From NCBI GenBank assembly GCA_047975765.1, contig JBKEEF010000013.1:67727-131726 (forward strand): a stretch of 64,000 nt of DNA, given 5' to 3'. Position numbers and translations under genes: made by a program. Numbering within the stretch: the stretch's first letter is position 1; every line of letters begins with the position of its first letter. This DNA comes from Alphaproteobacteria bacterium. Its GTDB lineage: Bacteria > Pseudomonadota > Alphaproteobacteria > RF32 > CAG-239. Below the pieces are notes generated by a model. The model had not been told where the DNA came from. It worked only from the letters and a program-made list of their open reading frames with translations, and searched no databases. This document shows, one piece after another, positions 58,691 to 64,000 of the stretch.

Positions 58691-59075
58691 TCTTAATGGT
58701 GTTGTTTCAGAAGCTCTTTGTTGCATAAATCCATATAAGGAATTTGTTTTCACAAAAATATCTTCAAACTGGGAAGGCAGTAATAGAGAACCTATCTTAA
58801 CAAAAGAAAATGTTACATTGAAAGGAAAGCTTCAACCCCTAAGTTTAAAAGATATTAAAGAAACAGGCTTTAATTTGATGGATTATACACCTCTTAGAGC
58901 ATACGTATCCTCAGACAAAGATAATATATCATCTCTTGATATCTTGCAACAAAGAGGAGCAGACACTTTTACTTGTGATGGGGTAAAATATAAAGTTATA
59001 AATCAAGAAGATTGGACAAGCCAGAATTGTTGGAAAGCTTTATATTGTTATATTATAGGAAAAGATGATGAATGA
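58680..59075 (+). CDS. hypothetical head-tail joining region protein
   Basis: 131-aa ORF. Confidence 0.35.
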   Translation: MIDNLNGVVSEALCCINPYKEFVFTKISSNWEGSNREPILTKENVTLKGKLQPLSLKDIKETGFNLMDYTPLRAYVSSDKDNISSLDILQQRGADTFTCDGVKYKVINQEDWTSQNCWKALYCYIIGKDDE

Positions 59076-59559
59076 AAAAGAAATATATGACTTTTTACAA
59101 GATCTTCTACCTAAAGAAATAAGATATATTAATCCATATATTGATGAGGGAACAATTCCGAATGGAAGCTTTGTCCAAATGGCGGTTGTTAATATTAAAG
59201 ACTCTGGAGTTTTTGATGAGAGACAAATAGGTTTTAATGAAGAAAATGATAAAATCATTATGGAGTATGATCAAAACAGAATCTATGTTGTTCAATTTGA
59301 TTCTTATGGAATAGATGCTTTTGATAATATTTCAAGAATAAAAGCCATTCTAAATGTAAATTTATGGTATAAAAAAAATCCTTTATTAGATTTAGGATAT
59401 GCAAGTAATATTGACAATTTAACATGGCTACAGCCAAATCAAGAATATATACAGAGATGGTCTTTCAGAATAGAGCTTATTTCGGTATTTACAATTCGAC
59501 AAGAACATGAATATTTTGAAGATATAAAAGTTAAAAATGTTTATATTTCCGATAAATAA
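59065..59559 (+). CDS. hypothetical tail completion-like protein
   Basis: 164-aa ORF. Confidence 0.35.
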   Translation: MMNEKEIYDFLQDLLPKEIRYINPYIDEGTIPNGSFVQMAVVNIKDSGVFDERQIGFNEENDKIIMEYDQNRIYVVQFDSYGIDAFDNISRIKAILNVNLWYKKNPLLDLGYASNIDNLTWLQPNQEYIQRWSFRIELISVFTIRQEHEYFEDIKVKNVYISDK

Positions 59560-59706
59560 ATATTGACCCTTTCAGAATGATAATATATAAATTAATTATT
59601 ATGAAAATTTGTGCCTAAAGATCAAAGAATTAAATCCTTGGTCTTTTTTTGTATAAAAGATTTTTTTTATAACAATGATCCTATTTAGGGTCATTTTTTA
59701 TTTTAA

Positions 59707-61275
59707 ATGGAGAATAAAAAGATGTCAGGTTTACCATATTCCTACTTCGTTCCTATCACTTCAAAAGTTCAAAGTCCTGCTTTTGGTGTTGAGAAGCAAC
59801 ACATGCTTCTTGCGATGGTGAATGATTTAATTCCAACAACACATTCAGGGTATGAACTCTATGGAGCGGCTGCTCTAACAGATTTCAAAAAATATTTTGG
59901 GACTCAAATACCCGAATATAAACAACTTCAAAAATATTTCTCATTCCTTTCAAAAACAGGGACATCTCCTGAAAAAGTAGTTATAGCAAGGTGGTATAAA
60001 GAAACAGCAAAACCTTTTGTGAAAGCCGAAGAAAATCCGACTTCACTTTCAGTTTTGAAGGGCGTTTCAAATGGAAGCTTTATAATTTCTTTCGATGGTG
60101 AAGAAAAAGAAATTATTTGTGATTTTTCTTCTGCAACCTCATATTCAGAAGTCGCACAAATCATTCAAACATCTTTAGATGTTTATTTTTCTGGAGCAAC
60201 TTGTTGTTATAGTTCAATTACTGGTGGTTTTATTATTACAAGTGGAGAATCTGGAAAAGGAAAAACTTGCGATAAAATCACATCAGGATCAACTGGAATA
60301 AATTTATATCCTTTACTTGGTTTTTCAAATCATGTGCTTTCTCAAGGTGCTAATGCTGAAAGCTATGCAGAGTTTTGTGATAGAATGTATCATGCTAACA
60401 CTAGTGGTTTTTCAATCACAACACTTGAGCCTCTTTCTGCTGAAGAAATTGTAGAAGCTTCTGAGTGGATTCAGTTGATCTATGATGGACAGACAGTAAA
60501 TTCAAAAATGAGGCTTGTATTCAATTTTAAAATCAAGACTGAAGCTAAGGTAATATCTTCTTATCTTGAAGAAAAAGAATATACAGGCGTTGTATTAACA
60601 TATGACCCTTTATCTGAATATATCAATATCCTTGATTGTGCAATTTGTGCAAGTATTGATAGAAACGCAACTGATGGAGCAATCAATTTCAATTTCCAAC
60701 CAGCTAAGGGATATACACCAATCACAGATAAAGACACAGTCGTTGACTATCAAAATGGAGATACAAATACTAGTCTTTTTTCTGAACTTGAAAAATATAA
60801 GATTAGTTGTGTTTATAGTGTTGGTTTTGGAACAAATACTGTTAATTATTACGGCATGGGGTTGATGCAGGGAGATTTTGCAACTGAAGGAGCACAGTCT
60901 GACGAATCTTGGCTTACTCAAGATATTCAAGTTTCTGTTATGAATGCTTTTGACACACTAAATAAATTCCCCAATCAGGGAGAGAAGGCTCAATCAATTA
61001 CAACAGCAGTGATTGACCCTTCTTTTAAAAGAGCACAAACTGCAGGTGTTGTTGCAAAGGGTGGAACATTGTCAGATACTGATAAGATTAATATTGCTCA
61101 AGCAACAGGAACAACAACAGCAGCTAGCTCAGTTGAGCAAAATGGATATTATTTTCAACTTCAAGAGCTAACATCTGATGATATTGAAAAAAAACAAGCA
61201 AGGGTAATCACTTGTTATCTCAGACAAGGAGAAGTTAACAAACTTCGCATCACTAACAATATTTATGGAGCATAA
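59707..61275 (+). CDS. putative tail sheath protein
   Basis: 522 aa immediately upstream of a roughly 150-aa tube-like gene, a chaperone and the tape measure. This is the myovirus gene order. Confidence 0.45.
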   Translation: MENKKMSGLPYSYFVPITSKVQSPAFGVEKQHMLLAMVNDLIPTTHSGYELYGAAALTDFKKYFGTQIPEYKQLQKYFSFLSKTGTSPEKVVIARWYKETAKPFVKAEENPTSLSVLKGVSNGSFIISFDGEEKEIICDFSSATSYSEVAQIIQTSLDVYFSGATCCYSSITGGFIITSGESGKGKTCDKITSGSTGINLYPLLGFSNHVLSQGANAESYAEFCDRMYHANTSGFSITTLEPLSAEEIVEASEWIQLIYDGQTVNSKMRLVFNFKIKTEAKVISSYLEEKEYTGVVLTYDPLSEYINILDCAICASIDRNATDGAINFNFQPAKGYTPITDKDTVVDYQNGDTNTSLFSELEKYKISCVYSVGFGTNTVNYYGMGLMQGDFATEGAQSDESWLTQDIQVSVMNAFDTLNKFPNQGEKAQSITTAVIDPSFKRAQTAGVVAKGGTLSDTDKINIAQATGTTTAASSVEQNGYYFQLQELTSDDIEKKQARVITCYLRQGEVNKLRITNNIYGA

Positions 61276-61280
61276 AGATC

Positions 61281-61730
61281 ATGAACGATAATATAGGCTT
61301 TCAAAAGCTAAGCTATACTTTGACAGCAACTCCTATTATCCCTATTTTGGAACTCACAGGTTTTGCAAGTGATGGTATTCAGTGGGATAAAATACAACCC
61401 GCAAAGATAAAAAAAGGAGCAGATGGATTATCTGCAATTAATAAAATTCCTGTTGTTTATCCTGGTACTTTTACTCTACAGGCAAATTCATCTTCAAGAA
61501 AAGTTCTTGATAATCTTATTCAGCTTTCAACTCCTGATTTTGGGAATGCAGGAACAGATTATGAACTTGGTCTTGTTGTAACAAACAAACTGACTAGAGA
61601 AACAACGATTTATTCAGGTGGAGCTGTTACAGAAGCAGATTCAGGAGATAGTGCAAATAAAGATGATGGACAGGCCGATAAAACATATAAAGTTGAGTTT
61701 GCAACTAGAACAATCTTACCAGTATCATAA
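61281..61730 (+). CDS. putative tail tube protein
   Basis: 149 aa, positioned between the sheath and the chaperone. Confidence 0.45.
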   Translation: MNDNIGFQKLSYTLTATPIIPILELTGFASDGIQWDKIQPAKIKKGADGLSAINKIPVVYPGTFTLQANSSSRKVLDNLIQLSTPDFGNAGTDYELGLVVTNKLTRETTIYSGGAVTEADSGDSANKDDGQADKTYKVEFATRTILPVS

Positions 61731-61735
61731 GAGGT

Positions 61736-62131
61736 GTGACTATGGAAAAAATAAAAAAAGTTGTCATTGATGACATGGGTAATAAAAAATATTTCACAAT
61801 TGGTTTGTTTAAGGCTCTTCAAGGTTTGGAGTTTTTTGATAAAGCAATTGAAGATATCATGTCAGGCTCTTTTAATAGGATTGCAACAAAGTATCTTAGA
61901 GATCTTTTACCTTTGTCTGTGATGACAGATCCGACAGGAGAAAAGGCTGTTCAACAAATGTCTATTGAAATTGTTGATACGCTATTTGAAAACCCTATGT
62001 CTGTTGTTGAACTTGGCATGGAGATTTTAGAACACCAAAAGGTTTTTATGAAAGACTCCGAAATATTCCAAAAATTAAAAAGTATAGTACCACATTTATC
62101 CACTATCAAGACTTCGGGGTCAATCAACTAA
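61736..62131 (+). CDS. putative tail assembly chaperone (G-like)
   Basis: 131 aa upstream of the tape measure. The -1 frame is open across its 3' end and the following 140 bp. Confidence 0.4.
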   Translation: MTMEKIKKVVIDDMGNKKYFTIGLFKALQGLEFFDKAIEDIMSGSFNRIATKYLRDLLPLSVMTDPTGEKAVQQMSIEIVDTLFENPMSVVELGMEILEHQKVFMKDSEIFQKLKSIVPHLSTIKTSGSIN

Positions 62132-62277
62132 TTGGGAATTTATTAAAAGAAGATATTTCTATTCTTGAGATCTATAAAATAGACTTGGATGATCTATATA
62201 CACTTTTGATTGTTAAAGCTGTCAATACTCAAAATGAGATATCTTCTTTTAATAAACAAAAGAAGGAATGAGAAAAA

Positions 62278-63660
62278 ATGGAAAAAGAACTTGTTGTTAA
62301 ATTTATTCTCAAAGCACAAGAAGCTAAAAAAGAAATTGATGAAGTTAGAAATAAAATAAAAAGTGCTAAAGAAGAAATAAAAAGTAGTTTTGTTGCTAAG
62401 GCAGGTGGACTTGTCGCTGGTCTTGTAAGCATAAAAGCAATCAAAGACGTATATCAGGAAACATTAAAACTTTCTCAAGTTTCAGAAGCTTTTAATTTAC
62501 CAGTAGAACAAGTGAGTAAGTTCTCTAATCTTCTCTCAATGCTTGGTGGAGATTCAAGTGAGGCAGTAAGTGCACTTGAAAGTTTAGGAAGTGCTATTGA
62601 TGATTATAGAGCAAAAGGTCAGGGTGCTTTGGTTGATACAGCAGGAAGAGTTAATATTTCATTGTTTAAAAAAGATGGTGGAGTTAAAAATCAACTTGAT
62701 TTATTAAGAGATTTAAGAGGTCAACTCGGTAAGATGCGCCCTGACCAACAGAGAACAATTCTTAAAGATATGGGAATATATAGTGTTGCTCTCCTAAGGT
62801 ATATTCGGGCAAGTAATGAAGAATTTAATAAGGCCATTTCAGGTGCTGAGAAAATGGGGGTAATAACTGAAGGTATAAAGGATACAACCATAAGAACACA
62901 AGTTATTTTATCGAGACTACGACAATCATTCTTTATGTTTGGTGCTGCATTATTGGGGGTGGTAGAGCCAGTTCTTAATAAAATAATGTATTTTTTTGAT
63001 TCTAATACTTGGGAAACAATAAAAAGAAACATCTCAGATTTATTCAGTTTTATGCGGAATAATATAAAAAAAGGGGATGATTTTTTGAGAGATGCAGGAA
63101 AGTCATTTGTTACAGGTTTTTTAGAAAGTAGCCCTAAATTAATTACAGATTTTTTATCAGGTGTTAAAATGATTATAACTGATATTAAAAATTTATCTAC
63201 AGATTGGATAAAATACCTAGGTGGTTTGGAAAATATATTATCTAAAATATTTATATTTTTTAAAGCTATAGGTTCTGTTATTGGTGATATAACAAGATGG
63301 GCAAGTCTTATATTTGAATTGGGGTTCGGAAAAATATTAGGTGTTGATGGAAGAACAATATCAGAAATGCAAGAAGACGCAAAAAATAACATTGAAAGAC
63401 AAATCAAACAAGAACAAGATTTAAGTATTGCTCGAAAATATGCCCCTAGTATGTCATATATGCCAACAAGAGCAGAAAGACTTGCTACAACTATGGCAAC
63501 TGTAAATAACCAAAGCACAACAAACAAGCCTTCATACATTGATAATAAGCATGTAAACATCACAGTAAATGAATCTAGAGATGGAAGGCAAACTGCAAGG
63601 AATATATCTTCAGAGATTTCTATACCTTGGAGTTCAAATATGTCGCCAGTAAAATATTAG
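62278..63660 (+). CDS. tail tape measure protein
   Basis: 460 aa. N-terminal coiled coil, central hydrophobic segment, and position after the chaperone. Confidence 0.6.
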   Translation: MEKELVVKFILKAQEAKKEIDEVRNKIKSAKEEIKSSFVAKAGGLVAGLVSIKAIKDVYQETLKLSQVSEAFNLPVEQVSKFSNLLSMLGGDSSEAVSALESLGSAIDDYRAKGQGALVDTAGRVNISLFKKDGGVKNQLDLLRDLRGQLGKMRPDQQRTILKDMGIYSVALLRYIRASNEEFNKAISGAEKMGVITEGIKDTTIRTQVILSRLRQSFFMFGAALLGVVEPVLNKIMYFFDSNTWETIKRNISDLFSFMRNNIKKGDDFLRDAGKSFVTGFLESSPKLITDFLSGVKMIITDIKNLSTDWIKYLGGLENILSKIFIFFKAIGSVIGDITRWASLIFELGFGKILGVDGRTISEMQEDAKNNIERQIKQEQDLSIARKYAPSMSYMPTRAERLATTMATVNNQSTTNKPSYIDNKHVNITVNESRDGRQTARNISSEISIPWSSNMSPVKY

Positions 63661-63669
63661 GTAAAATAA

Positions 63670-64000
63670 ATGAGTATTGTTCTTTCTTTTATGAAAAACT
63701 TTTTCAATTCGGATACTTATGTCATTAAGGAAATAACACCTGATGGAGAAAAGCCAGTTCTAATATCTGATTCTATGGATGAGTTTAAAAGATCTTCTAG
63801 ATCAAATATTGCTAAATTTCCAGTTGAAAGTGGTTTTTTAGCAAGTGATTATAAATATTATGAAGGTGCAAAGATAACTGTAAAGGCAGTTATCTCAAGA
63901 AATAATGCTCTAGCTATTATGGGATTTGGAATTGGTGGAAACTTTGGTGGTGGTGTAACTTCAACAAAGAAAGAACTTATTTCTAACATTGAAAAAGACC
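63670..64000 (+). CDS. putative distal tail protein (3' partial)
   Basis: ORF from the ATG at 63670, open to the window end. Confidence 0.35.
   Translation, partial: MSIVLSFMKNFFNSDTYVIKEITPDGEKPVLISDSMDEFKRSSRSNIAKFPVESGFLASDYKYYEGAKITVKAVISRNNALAIMGFGIGGNFGGGVTSTKKELISNIEKD

Larger units (their letters stand above)
30115..64000. mobile_element. integrated temperate prophage (lambda-like organisation, myovirus-type tail); right end beyond the window
   Basis: Integrase adjacent to the tRNA-Asp 3' end, then xis, recombination, cI/cro, replication, terS/terL, portal, MuF, capsid and tail modules in canonical order. Confidence 0.85.

Overview
The window is a low-GC, Gram-negative chromosome. 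MlaA/MlaC, an MJ0042-type zinc-ribbon gene beside ftsEX and a GapR-like gene suggest an alphaproteobacterium. Positions 1-30.0 kb are mostly core housekeeping genes: an ABC-F ATPase fragment, GatB/YqeY-dnaG-rpoD, a DegT aminotransferase, mlaA-mlaC, a GNAT gene, tadA, an rsuA-like pseudouridine synthase, rsmD, plsC, a DUF218 gene, ftsX-ftsE, argS, a nitroreductase, gap-pgk and an M23 peptidase. A few secreted or orphan genes are interspersed. These include a Cys-rich hexapeptide-repeat surface protein flanked by twin terminator hairpins, two tandem secreted paralogs, a 640-aa low-complexity orphan and a hairpin-rich intergenic element.

A tRNA-Asp(GTC) lies at 30038-30114. A tyrosine integrase starts 34 bp after it, and a temperate, lambda-like-organised prophage of at least 33.9 kb follows. 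The prophage runs off the right edge of the window, so attR is not visible. Its modules, in order, are:
- int and an xis-like gene;
- a long leftward early operon carrying an ASCH/Zn-ribbon protein, a Gly-rich hexanucleotide-repeat protein, a 12.5 x 20-aa tandem-repeat protein, a Bro-N antirepressor, and RecT plus a YqaJ exonuclease;
- a cI (HTH plus S24 peptidase) / cro switch with ATCGTAAT operator repeats, OR/PR, a putative OL and a tR1-like terminator;
- a GapR-like (DUF2312) gene and duplicated replisome-organizer genes;
- an accessory island carrying a Zn-ribbon membrane protein plus a bPH-domain protein, a structured noncoding stretch, a Panacea/DUF4065 (PanA) antitoxin-like gene plus a candidate novel toxin, and a phage-encoded tRNA(CAT);
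- terS, terL, a portal with an extra C-terminal domain, MuF, scaffold and major capsid;
- a myovirus-type tail block with sheath, tube, a chaperone with a putative -1 frameshift extension, and tape measure.

The most interesting candidates for undescribed biology are the PanA-linked toxin pair, the Zn-ribbon/bPH membrane pair, the membrane proteins placed downstream of cI, the portal C-terminal extension and the two repeat-encoded early proteins.
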